Origin: Methanosarcinales archaeon
GTDB lineage: Archaea; Halobacteriota; Syntropharchaeia; Alkanophagales; Methanospirareceae
Reading direction: 5' to 3'
Assembly (NCBI GenBank): GCA_025464645.1
Contig: JAODGF010000005.1
Location: forward strand, 1-34,406
Length of the DNA stretch: 34,406 bases
The translations under genes and the position numbers were made by a program. How positions within the stretch are numbered: the stretch's first letter is position 1; each line of letters opens with the position of its first letter. The notes beneath the pieces were generated by a model. The model searched no databases. It had not been told where the DNA came from and saw nothing but the letters and a program-made list of their open reading frames with translations. Shown piece by piece: positions 24,979-33,593 of the stretch.

Positions 24979-26053
24979 GTTAAAAGCGGTCTTTTTTTGC
25001 CTGGTATTTATGTGTGTCTTGTGTTCCTCTACGAACATCGTTTTTGCTGATGATATAGACAGCTTATTAAACAAGTGTGCAATCGCGCCCAATCCTAAAC
25101 CCTCTGTGATGGTGTATGATTACGAACTCAATCCAGAGACGTTGATGCCCGGTGACGTGGGTGTACTTACGATAACGCTTAAGAATATGCAGGATAAGCC
25201 AATAGAGAAGGATGTGGATATAAAGAGTGAGATAAAAGGTACCGGGGGTTACGTTACCGACATTGACACCGAGACAAGATTCACCATGGACGCCTACCTA
25301 AAAGAAGCATATATCGTTGAGCATGAATTTAAAGTATACAACAGGTATGCCTCGGTCGGCGTAATAGGACCAAATGAAAAAGTTGAGCTGGGATTTAAAA
25401 TAAAAGCACCGTCAGAAGAAGGCATATACATGCTGAAGTTCATTGCGGACATTGAAGATATGGAAGGCAAAAGGAGTAAAGGGATTCGTTATTTTATTCC
25501 GATTACGGTCACAGGTACAGTGAATATATTACCTCTGAGAGTTTCTGAGAGCGAGGTCTCCTTAGAAGTTATAAATGAGGGACTATCGGATGTTGATAGC
25601 GTGTATATTGCTGTTTCACCCGCAAGCGAAGTGGAATGGCAGCAGGAAAGAGTGTACGTTGGAAAGATAAAGTCTGGCGAGTCTGCTATTGTGGTGTTCA
25701 AGTTTAAAGTCAATGAAGTTAAGAATAAGGAAGGAGGGAACAGTGCTATTTTCAAAGCTACTTATAGGAACGGGATAAACAAGCACGAATCAAATCCGGT
25801 ATCTGTGAGCCTGCCGTGCTGCTCGGCGGAGGAGGAAAAAGCTAAGGGGAAAGGAGAATCGTTATTAGGAGAGGAATCTAAAGCTTCTTTTAGCGCTCTC
25901 ACAGTAACGCCAACACCAACTCTTTCATCATCTTCTTCGAGTTCTACATTCGCATTAAAATTAACAGACTTTGGAGTAGTATCTGCACTTGCCGGACTGC
26001 TGTTTGGAGTAGCGGTAGCATTTGCGAAAAAAAGAGGTGAGGAAGGGAGATGA
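24971..26053 (+). CDS. Secreted COG1361/CARDB-like two-domain protein with a Ser/Thr linker and a variant C-terminal anchor
   Basis: GTG at 24971 lies 8 nt after GGAGG; the ORF also opens at GTG 24962. 'NPETLMPGDVGVLTITLKN' is typical of archaeal S-layer-domain (COG1361) proteins. The C-terminus is 'TPTPTLSSSSSSS...LTDFGVVSALAGLLFGVAVAFAKKRGEEGR'. Confidence 0.55.
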   Translation: MNKLKAVFFCLVFMCVLCSSTNIVFADDIDSLLNKCAIAPNPKPSVMVYDYELNPETLMPGDVGVLTITLKNMQDKPIEKDVDIKSEIKGTGGYVTDIDTETRFTMDAYLKEAYIVEHEFKVYNRYASVGVIGPNEKVELGFKIKAPSEEGIYMLKFIADIEDMEGKRSKGIRYFIPITVTGTVNILPLRVSESEVSLEVINEGLSDVDSVYIAVSPASEVEWQQERVYVGKIKSGESAIVVFKFKVNEVKNKEGGNSAIFKATYRNGINKHESNPVSVSLPCCSAEEEKAKGKGESLLGEESKASFSALTVTPTPTLSSSSSSSTFALKLTDFGVVSALAGLLFGVAVAFAKKRGEEGR

Positions 26054-27297
26054 AATTAAGTAAAAGAGAAGGATTATTCTATTGCCTGCTGCTGATATTG
26101 ATTCTAACACCGGTGGTAATAATTGCGACTGCCACCACTACTGCTGCTGCGGTGAATATGCAGAATACCGATGGTATGAACGTTGTATCAAGGACTGAGG
26201 TAATAGAAGCGGTCATGGCGTATATGAAAGCCACATATTTGGGGGAAGAGGTAGATTATCCAGAAAAGGGAGAACTGCGTAAAGTTGCCTGTAGTCATTT
26301 TTATCAGGGGAGGTATCCAAGGATAATTAGGACTGCGACTGGAGAGAATGTCACGATATACAAGCCGTTGAAGAGAATAATCGTGCTGAATACGGATATT
26401 GCGGAAGCGATTCGCGTTTTGGGTGCCGATGATAGAATAGTTGGTATCAGTGATACAATAGCAAAACGAACAGATTTCTTCCCCACGATAAGTAAAAAAC
26501 CAGTAGTCGGCGGATGGAGGGAGATAGAACCCGAAGCAGTGCTGCAATTAGAACCCGATGCGGTATTTGCCTACGGGACATGGCCGGGTCCTGAATATAT
26601 AGAGGACAAACTCCCTCCTTCCATAACGGTCATTCGATTGGACTTCTTCAAGCCAGAAGAACTCAGAGAGGGGATGAAAACGTTCGGCTATTTACTTGAA
26701 GAAGAAGCTAATGCAAGTAAATATCTCGAATGGCATGATAAATATGTTGGAGAAATAGAAGATACAGTGTCAGAGATTCCAGAAGATGAGAAACCAAAGG
26801 TTTTCCTTGATAAGAGCGGGGTGGACTCAATAAGTGAACGCAAGACGTATTCAGAAGGAACAGGAATGCACCAGCTTTGTAAACTTGCAGGCGGGAGCAA
26901 TATGGCTATAATGGCAGAGCTTGTGGGAACATATCCAGCAGTAGAAACAGAGAAGATTTTGGAGGAAGACCCGGATGTTATCGTTGGACTTTCTCGCAAG
27001 GGTGGGTACAAGACGGACGATGAAACAGAGATAGAAGAAGAATATAAAAGGGTAATAGGACTACCAGGATTTGGTAATGTGACCGCAGTGGAATGCGGGC
27101 GTGTCTATTTAATGGATGGAAGCATTGCTTTTGGCTCTGTATATCCAGTTGGTCTCGCATACATGGCGAAGTGGTTTTATCCAGAAAAGTTCGAGGATTT
27201 AGACCCCCAAGCAATACACCAGGAATACGTGGATAAATTCTGTGGCATAGACTTTGATGTGACAAAGCAGGGAGTGTTTGTGTATCCGGCAATATAG
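26050..27297 (+). CDS. Membrane-anchored periplasmic-binding-protein (class III, Fe-siderophore/cobalamin type, Peripla_BP_2-like)
   Basis: 415 aa with an N-terminal TM, then 'IIVLNTDIAEAIRVLGADDRIVGISD' and 'EPDAVFAYG...', which are typical of FhuD/BtuF-like binding proteins. ATGA overlap with the upstream gene. Confidence 0.65.
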   Translation: MKLSKREGLFYCLLLILILTPVVIIATATTTAAAVNMQNTDGMNVVSRTEVIEAVMAYMKATYLGEEVDYPEKGELRKVACSHFYQGRYPRIIRTATGENVTIYKPLKRIIVLNTDIAEAIRVLGADDRIVGISDTIAKRTDFFPTISKKPVVGGWREIEPEAVLQLEPDAVFAYGTWPGPEYIEDKLPPSITVIRLDFFKPEELREGMKTFGYLLEEEANASKYLEWHDKYVGEIEDTVSEIPEDEKPKVFLDKSGVDSISERKTYSEGTGMHQLCKLAGGSNMAIMAELVGTYPAVETEKILEEDPDVIVGLSRKGGYKTDDETEIEEEYKRVIGLPGFGNVTAVECGRVYLMDGSIAFGSVYPVGLAYMAKWFYPEKFEDLDPQAIHQEYVDKFCGIDFDVTKQGVFVYPAI

Positions 27298-27303
27298 AGG
27301 ATT

Positions 27304-30300
27304 TTAAGATAACAAATCTACCCTTATTGTTTTTCCTTCCATCACTGCTTCTTCTGGCACGCTTATCTCTCTCTCTAAATCCCACACTACCGTTCCGTCC
27401 TCCAGGCGACGACCAGTACGTATTTTATAAGATGATGCAAAAACATCGTATCCTTCAACCGTTTTTTCTGTTGAATACGGCACGACGAACTCGTATGTGC
27501 CGTTTGACCTCACTTGCTGTGAATACACAAATTCTCTCCCCTGGTTTGTGGTGACGTTTGTTGCTATTTCAACAATCGAGCCATTAGGCGCAGTTCCCTC
27601 TATTCTCGCCCCTTTTACGTATTCGAATGTCTTCACAAAACTCACGGGCTGTATATATTCCGGTGCCCATGCTTTTATGTTTGGTTGCCCGGTTTTGACG
27701 CCATAAAGGTAAACGTTTAGCTTTCCTTCTTTCTTATTGATGTTAAATATGTTTTCATTTGTCGTGTCTCGGATTGTCCAACGGGTCCCGTCAATTGTTA
27801 TAACCGTGCTATCCTCAGAAAGCGGAAAGCCCGTGGAATTAAGCGCGCTGCTCAATATTTCGGGTATGCTCTCATTATCCAGAACTTCCTCTATCCCTAC
27901 CCCTGCGGGCATACTGAACAAATACCCGTGAAGAATCTGCGCTTGCGATTCCGTGTTGATATAATCACCGGAAAAAGGTCGCCAATACATCTTCCCCTCT
28001 TTTTCGTCTATAATAACCAAAGGAAGAACAAAAGTGGGAGACTCATGCACTAACCGGTAGTGAGCTAAGGCGGGTATGTTTTCACCATCTACCTCTACTC
28101 TTGTACCATCAAATAGATGCAACCGCGCTTCCATCGTATTATAATAGCGTGAAAGGGAGTTAAAGTATTGTGAGTTCCCAGCCCAAACCGTTATCGCACT
28201 GAACTTTGGCGTACGACCTAACCAAGAGCATATCCCCCATACATCCGCCATTTCCAAGTCGCTTATCACATATCTCGTGCCGAGTTCGTCTAATATCCAA
28301 TTCGCTTCCCCTTCATCACTCGATACGAAGAACGTGCATGCGCCGGGTCTTATCGAGCCATCCTCATTTGTACCACCTATACCACCCTGAAACGGATTTG
28401 AATTGGGAATGCGATGTGCATAAAGTGTTATCACGTGTCCGTAATCCCACCAGCTCATCACGCCGTAAGCGCTATCCGGATATTTGTAATCTTCATTACG
28501 CGGAGGTTCTTCGTATAGCGCATAGTAATCCACGCCCGGATCGGGAGTATTGTTTCTCATCCACAATAACGATTCGTACCAATCAGGGTGGAACACAGAA
28601 GGACCAGCCTTGGCTTGGTAATATGTGCGCTCAAAATTCTCCGGCATGTTCGCAGGGAAGGGTTTAGCTATATTGAACGGGAACGGATAAAAGATAATGA
28701 AAATCACTACAATTAATACTATGATGCGATTTGGCGTGACATACTGCTTTATCTTTCTAATACCCGTTTCAGGCACTTCCTTTTTCTTACTTTCTACCTT
28801 CTGTCCCCGCTTTCCCTCCTCCTCCTTCTGCTTTTCTTTCTTCCCTTTGATCCTTTTTCCTTCTGCCTTCGGTTTCCCCGTCTCAGCGAAAAAAGCGAAG
28901 CTAAACTGAGTCACCCGAACAGCGAATAAGCCGCAAAGTAGTGCCACGTTTACCGCGTAATAATACACAAACCGATTTTGACCAATTGGTGGAGGGCGAA
29001 TACCAAACATGTCAAACATTACACCCAGTAACATGAGGTCTACAAAACACCAAACGAGAAACAGGGTCTCTTCAGGTCTCCATTTCCGTATTACACCGTA
29101 AATAACAAATGCAAAAGCGACAAGAGAGACGTAAAAACAGGTGGAAAAGTGTCCTAAGGCTGCACCCAGTGTCATTGGATGCATTTCCCCTATTACCTGC
29201 ATGCCTGTACTATACTTTACCCAACCCATTGCATGTATCAGCGAAGCATATTGAGATGGAAACAGCACATTTAAAAAAACTAAAGCCAGTATGCCCATGC
29301 CCAAAACCGCAACAGGATAAGCATGGCGAGCTATTCCTTTTCTTGTCATAACTGTTGATAGGATACTTAACAGCAAGACCACAAGCGCTCCTATGAGCAG
29401 TGAGGCTACATGTGCCGACCTATACATCCCCGGATGCTTCAAGAACGGTATGATCATTAATAGCGGAATCAGAAATACCGGGACACCGACCATGCATAGA
29501 TAATCCGTGGAATTGCCACGTAAATGCTCTATGAGGTACAGAGCGAAAAGAGCGACAAAAATGATGAAAGCGAACAAGACGCAACCAACCCAGGTAAGTG
29601 CATAAAGACCAAAAGAGAAACCCGCGAGGAAAATATAGACTAAGGGATTTCTTAAGGTTTTCCAATCTCCTCTCGCTATGTGGTCAAAAGTTATGCCAGC
29701 GGTTTTTGCTCGTTTCAGTGCCATCACCAGAAACATCATTGCTATCGTGCTGAATAAGACTTCTCCAACATGATGGTCCATTGCACCTAAGATGGAGCGA
29801 AACAAGAAACCGGGTAATATAGCGATTAAAAATGCAGAGAGCAAACCCACTTCCCTGCTATATAATTCTTTACCGATGAAATAAACAGGGAAAACAACCA
29901 GAGCACCGAGGACAGCGGGGTAATATGCCCCTACGGTCTCCATTAGCATGCGCGTGGGTGCGCCCAAGCTGATAAGCCATGTAAAAAATGCAGGTATCAG
30001 GTCAAATAAAGGAGCAAAATGAAGATGGTCGCCATGCGGGAAAAGAGTATAGGGGTCGAAATAAATCCTGTGTGGGAAATGATTGCCAAAAAGCATGTTC
30101 TCTATTAATCTTAGGTGATATACGGGGTCATCAGAACCAAACATCACCATTTCTCCACCAAAAACGCGCGCATAAGGCAGTACAGTTCTTATGATGAGGG
30201 AAATGCCAAAAACAGTGAAAAGGATATTGAACACGGGGAGTCTTTCGATGAGGTCATGCAGGTTCACACCCTTTTGTGTCTTTGCATCACCAAAAGTATC

Positions 30301-30693
30301 GACAAAATGGGCTTTGTTTGATATAATAATTGGCACCGCGATTACGCCCACCGCGATAAAAGACACAAAGCACACCCAGTTTTCCGCCAAAAAGCTTGGC
30401 GGGCTAAAGGCGGTGGTGAGAGGATAGATAATTATAAGGGATTCAAGCAAAATTAGCGCAGCATAAAACGCCCCTTTCTTTCGCAGCCAGATTCCGTATG
30501 CAATCGGGAAAGCAGAAAGGGCAAAGATGTCTAAAATCCCTGAGGAGGCACTTAGCTCTGACACGAATAGCGCGTGAAGAAGAGAAATGAGGGCGACTAA
30601 ACCGCAAAAAACAAGCAGCATAGTGGTTATCTGTATGCCTAAAGCTTCTGTTACCCTTCTGTTCTCTTTCCTCTCTTGCTGTGGTCTTTTCAT
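27304..30693 (-). CDS. aglB: Archaeal oligosaccharyltransferase AglB (STT3 family), long form
   Basis: 1129 aa and multi-TM. 'GSDDPVYH' (first acidic loop motif) follows a TM helix. 'WWDYGH' lies at nt 28438..28452. A large C-terminal soluble region ends in a CarboxypepD_reg/Ig-like segment. Confidence 0.85.
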   Translation of the reverse strand: MKRPQQERKENRRVTEALGIQITTMLLVFCGLVALISLLHALFVSELSASSGILDIFALSAFPIAYGIWLRKKGAFYAALILLESLIIIYPLTTAFSPPSFLAENWVCFVSFIAVGVIAVPIIISNKAHFVDTFGDAKTQKGVNLHDLIERLPVFNILFTVFGISLIIRTVLPYARVFGGEMVMFGSDDPVYHLRLIENMLFGNHFPHRIYFDPYTLFPHGDHLHFAPLFDLIPAFFTWLISLGAPTRMLMETVGAYYPAVLGALVVFPVYFIGKELYSREVGLLSAFLIAILPGFLFRSILGAMDHHVGEVLFSTIAMMFLVMALKRAKTAGITFDHIARGDWKTLRNPLVYIFLAGFSFGLYALTWVGCVLFAFIIFVALFALYLIEHLRGNSTDYLCMVGVPVFLIPLLMIIPFLKHPGMYRSAHVASLLIGALVVLLLSILSTVMTRKGIARHAYPVAVLGMGILALVFLNVLFPSQYASLIHAMGWVKYSTGMQVIGEMHPMTLGAALGHFSTCFYVSLVAFAFVIYGVIRKWRPEETLFLVWCFVDLMLLGVMFDMFGIRPPPIGQNRFVYYYAVNVALLCGLFAVRVTQFSFAFFAETGKPKAEGKRIKGKKEKQKEEEGKRGQKVESKKKEVPETGIRKIKQYVTPNRIIVLIVVIFIIFYPFPFNIAKPFPANMPENFERTYYQAKAGPSVFHPDWYESLLWMRNNTPDPGVDYYALYEEPPRNEDYKYPDSAYGVMSWWDYGHVITLYAHRIPNSNPFQGGIGGTNEDGSIRPGACTFFVSSDEGEANWILDELGTRYVISDLEMADVWGICSWLGRTPKFSAITVWAGNSQYFNSLSRYYNTMEARLHLFDGTRVEVDGENIPALAHYRLVHESPTFVLPLVIIDEKEGKMYWRPFSGDYINTESQAQILHGYLFSMPAGVGIEEVLDNESIPEILSSALNSTGFPLSEDSTVITIDGTRWTIRDTTNENIFNINKKEGKLNVYLYGVKTGQPNIKAWAPEYIQPVSFVKTFEYVKGARIEGTAPNGSIVEIATNVTTNQGREFVYSQQVRSNGTYEFVVPYSTEKTVEGYDVFASSYKIRTGRRLEDGTVVWDLEREISVPEEAVMEGKTIRVDLLS

Positions 30694-30803
30694 TATTCTT
30701 CTTTTATACCGCTTATAACCTTTATATTAACTGAAAATATATTAAATTTAACGAAGTTAATTAATGTGAAAGAGCATTAGACTTTGATAAAATAAAAACA
30801 ACT

Positions 30804-32027
30804 ATGGAAAAATTTAGAAGACTGGGTATTATAGACCCTATTTTGCGAGCAATAGAAGAAGAGAAGTTCGAACAGCCAACCGAGATACAGGAAAAATCTA
30901 TCCCTTTAATTCTCGCCGGGAAGAACGTTATAGCTGGGTCTGCAACAGGTTCTGGAAAGACGCTTGCGTTTGCTTCCGGGATCATAGAAAATTCCGAAAA
31001 GGGAGAGGGAATTCAGGCTTTAGTGTTAACCCCAACAAGAGAACTGGCACAGCAGGTTGCAGAGGCTTTAAAGAAATTTTCAAAGTACAAGCCTTTAAAT
31101 TTAAAGATTGTCGTCATTTACGGTGGCGTGTCAATAAATCCACAAATTGAGAAATTGAGGACCGCGGATATTGTAATAGGAACGCCGGGCAGAACACTGG
31201 ACCATATAGGAAGAAGGACGATTAAATTAAACCGTGTAAAAATTCTGGTTTTAGATGAAGCAGACAGAATGCTGGATATGGGATTTATAGATGATGTTGA
31301 AAAGATAATAAGAGAATGTCCTGTAAAAAGGCAGATGCTATTGTTTTCTGCCACCATTTCAAGAGAGATAGCGCGTCTTGCTCAGCGATACATGAAAAAG
31401 CCTGTTGAAGTTTCTGCGGATGCTTATGTTGACCCGAAAAAATTAACTCAGGTCTATTATGATGTTCCGGATAATATAAAATTCTCTTTATTAGTCCATT
31501 TATTGAAGCACGAAAAAGCAGGGCTTGTAATGGTATTCTGTAATACACGTAAAAATGTGGACTTTGTTGCAAACAACCTGAAATTAGAGGGAATAGATGC
31601 CCATGCTATTCATGGTGGGTTCACCCAGGACAAAAGGGACAGGACAATGAAGCTTTTTAATTCGCAAAAAGCTTGTGTGCTTGTATGTACTGATGTAGCT
31701 TCACGAGGACTTGATATTCAAGGTGTGTCACATATTTACAACTATGATATACCCACGGATAGCAAGGACTATATTCATAGGATAGGAAGAACTGCAAGAG
31801 CGGGCGAAGAAGGAAAGGCGATAAATATTCTTTCAAGCAGAGATTATGATGATTTTAGAAGAGTAGAAAGGAGCTACGAAGTGGACGTAATTGAAGAAAG
31901 AATGCCGGAGGTGGAAAGAGTGAAAATAAAATGGACGGAAAAGCCATCTCTCAAAGAGAGAAGAGGGTTGAAAAAACGTAGATACAGTTCAGGTTGGCAA
32001 GGGGCTATGAGACAAAATATGAGGTGA
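30804..32027 (+). CDS. DEAD-box ATP-dependent RNA helicase
   Basis: Q-motif region 'FEQPTEIQ', motif I 'GSATGSGKT', 'PTRELA', 'DEAD', 'SAT' and 'HRIGRTARAG', with a basic C-terminal tail. Confidence 0.9.
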   Translation: MEKFRRLGIIDPILRAIEEEKFEQPTEIQEKSIPLILAGKNVIAGSATGSGKTLAFASGIIENSEKGEGIQALVLTPTRELAQQVAEALKKFSKYKPLNLKIVVIYGGVSINPQIEKLRTADIVIGTPGRTLDHIGRRTIKLNRVKILVLDEADRMLDMGFIDDVEKIIRECPVKRQMLLFSATISREIARLAQRYMKKPVEVSADAYVDPKKLTQVYYDVPDNIKFSLLVHLLKHEKAGLVMVFCNTRKNVDFVANNLKLEGIDAHAIHGGFTQDKRDRTMKLFNSQKACVLVCTDVASRGLDIQGVSHIYNYDIPTDSKDYIHRIGRTARAGEEGKAINILSSRDYDDFRRVERSYEVDVIEERMPEVERVKIKWTEKPSLKERRGLKKRRYSSGWQGAMRQNMR

Positions 32028-32098
32028 GTACGGTAATCGTTTCTCGGTTGCATCAGATGCATGACATTGGGGATAAAACCTACATCAAGAGAGACATC

Positions 32099-32656
32099 CT
32101 AAAACAAAAAGAAGGCTACGCCCATCAATATAAACGAAATTCCAGCAATTTTCGCTAATGTTTCTCTATTCACTTTATCTGAAATAAATTTACCTGAATA
32201 GATGGCTATTATAGAAAGCAAACTCAACGCTATTATAGCTCCTGTTAAAACCATTAACCCATTGTATTTGGTTGCAAACAGTCCAGTGGCAATTTGTGTC
32301 TTATCTCCCCATTCGGAAACGAAAATCAGGATAAAACCTGAATAGAACGGATTTCCGAAATAATATCTGCTTTTGGTTTCTTTCCTTTGGTTTCTAAAGA
32401 TTAAAGTTAACAGTCCAAAGAGTATGAAAACAGCGCCCGAAAGCATTTTTATTAAACCCCCGGGTGCGATATGTGTAATCCACTCACCCGCTAAAATCGC
32501 TATTCCATCTACTATCAAAAACGCCAGTATCGTACCGAGAAATAAATGTATATGTTTTTCAGTTTTTGAAGCCAGGAGCAGGGTAGATAGCTGGGTTTTG
32601 TCACCTAATTCCGCTAAACCTACTACAATTAAGGGAATTAATATGTCTTGCAGCAT
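32099..32656 (-). CDS. UPF0016/GDT1/TMEM165-family cation (Mn2+/Ca2+) transporter
   Basis: 185 aa and 6 TM, with the duplicated signature 'ELGDKTQ' and 'EWGDKTQ'. Confidence 0.8.
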   Translation of the reverse strand: MLQDILIPLIVVGLAELGDKTQLSTLLLASKTEKHIHLFLGTILAFLIVDGIAILAGEWITHIAPGGLIKMLSGAVFILFGLLTLIFRNQRKETKSRYYFGNPFYSGFILIFVSEWGDKTQIATGLFATKYNGLMVLTGAIIALSLLSIIAIYSGKFISDKVNRETLAKIAGISFILMGVAFFLF

Positions 32657-32697
32657 AAATATACCATCAAATTTTTATTCTCTTATTATTAATCATT

Positions 32698-33426
32698 TTA
32701 TCCTAAAAGGCAGATTAATAAAACACACACCAATCCCAAAATAAGACCGGTAAGACCTGTTTTTAAATTCTGCTTTATATGAGCTGCTGGAATCAATTCT
32801 TCTACGGAAATGTAAGTCATAAATCCTGCTGCAAGTGCAAGCGAGGCGCCTAATAAATCTAAAGACATTCCTTTTAGGATATAATAGCCAAAAATAAAAC
32901 CAAGTAATTCAAACCCGATTGTCACCGTTACTATAATAAAAGATTTCATTCTCTTTTTGGTTAAGCCGTATAAAGGAACGATTGTCGCGATATTCTCTGG
33001 CACGTCCTGTGCTGCAATCCCCACTGCTATCGTAATTCCCAGTACAGGCGTCAAAGCGAACCCAACACCAATTGCCAATCCTTCCGGGAGGTTATGCAGA
33101 GCCATGCCGATAACAAGCATAGTAACGCTTCTTTCAATGGACGGCTTTTCTTTTTTAAGTAACTCTGGATTTATATGGGGCAAGGTTCTATCAACTCCTC
33201 GAAATATGACTACTCCAAGGAGAAAAGAGATAAAAGTCAAGTAAAAAGGCATAATTTTTAGGCTTTCTGGTATCAATTGAAAGAAAGATATACCAAGCAT
33301 CATAGAAGCAGCGAATGCTAAAGAGCCATATAAAACGGTTTCTTTGGGGTTCTTTATCAATCCAATTAAACAACCCAAAGTTTGCCCCACAAAGATTAGA
33401 AGTATTATCAGTAGCAGGTCTTTCAT
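32698..33426 (-). CDS. ZIP-family (ZupT/GufA-like) divalent metal transporter
   Basis: 242 aa and 8 TM, with 'ALHNLPEGLAIG' followed by 'AAQDVPENIA', the binuclear metal-site helices of the GufA subfamily. Confidence 0.8.
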   Translation of the reverse strand: MKDLLLIILLIFVGQTLGCLIGLIKNPKETVLYGSLAFAASMMLGISFFQLIPESLKIMPFYLTFISFLLGVVIFRGVDRTLPHINPELLKKEKPSIERSVTMLVIGMALHNLPEGLAIGVGFALTPVLGITIAVGIAAQDVPENIATIVPLYGLTKKRMKSFIIVTVTIGFELLGFIFGYYILKGMSLDLLGASLALAAGFMTYISVEELIPAAHIKQNLKTGLTGLILGLVCVLLICLLG

Positions 33427-33593
33427 TTTTTAATTTTATGCTGCCCTAATTTTCCCCTCCTTTCCGTTATTTTTCAGGTTACCCTATCTGTCTTAATATT
33501 ATTGGTCAGGCACATAAATAATGTCCCCTAAAAAGCTCAGTTTTGGATAAAAAAACCGAATAATGTTAGGATTTCAAGAAAAAACCTTCTGTA

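Noticed and set aside
11690-27297. The envelope locus as a horizontally acquired mobile island
   Set aside because: I saw no integrase, transposase, IS ends or exact flanking direct repeats. Spot GC counts of 60-nt lines range ~38-50% both inside and outside the locus, with no clear step. A proper windowed GC or k-mer analysis is still needed.
27608-27628. Imperfect copy of the tRNA-like segment (GCCCCTT..ACGT..TTCGAAT) as a second att site bracketing a 10.9-kb island
   Set aside because: The match has two indels and no flanking similarity. It lies within the conserved aglB coding frame ('KTFEYVKGA'). No integrase lies in between. Real att duplications are normally exact.
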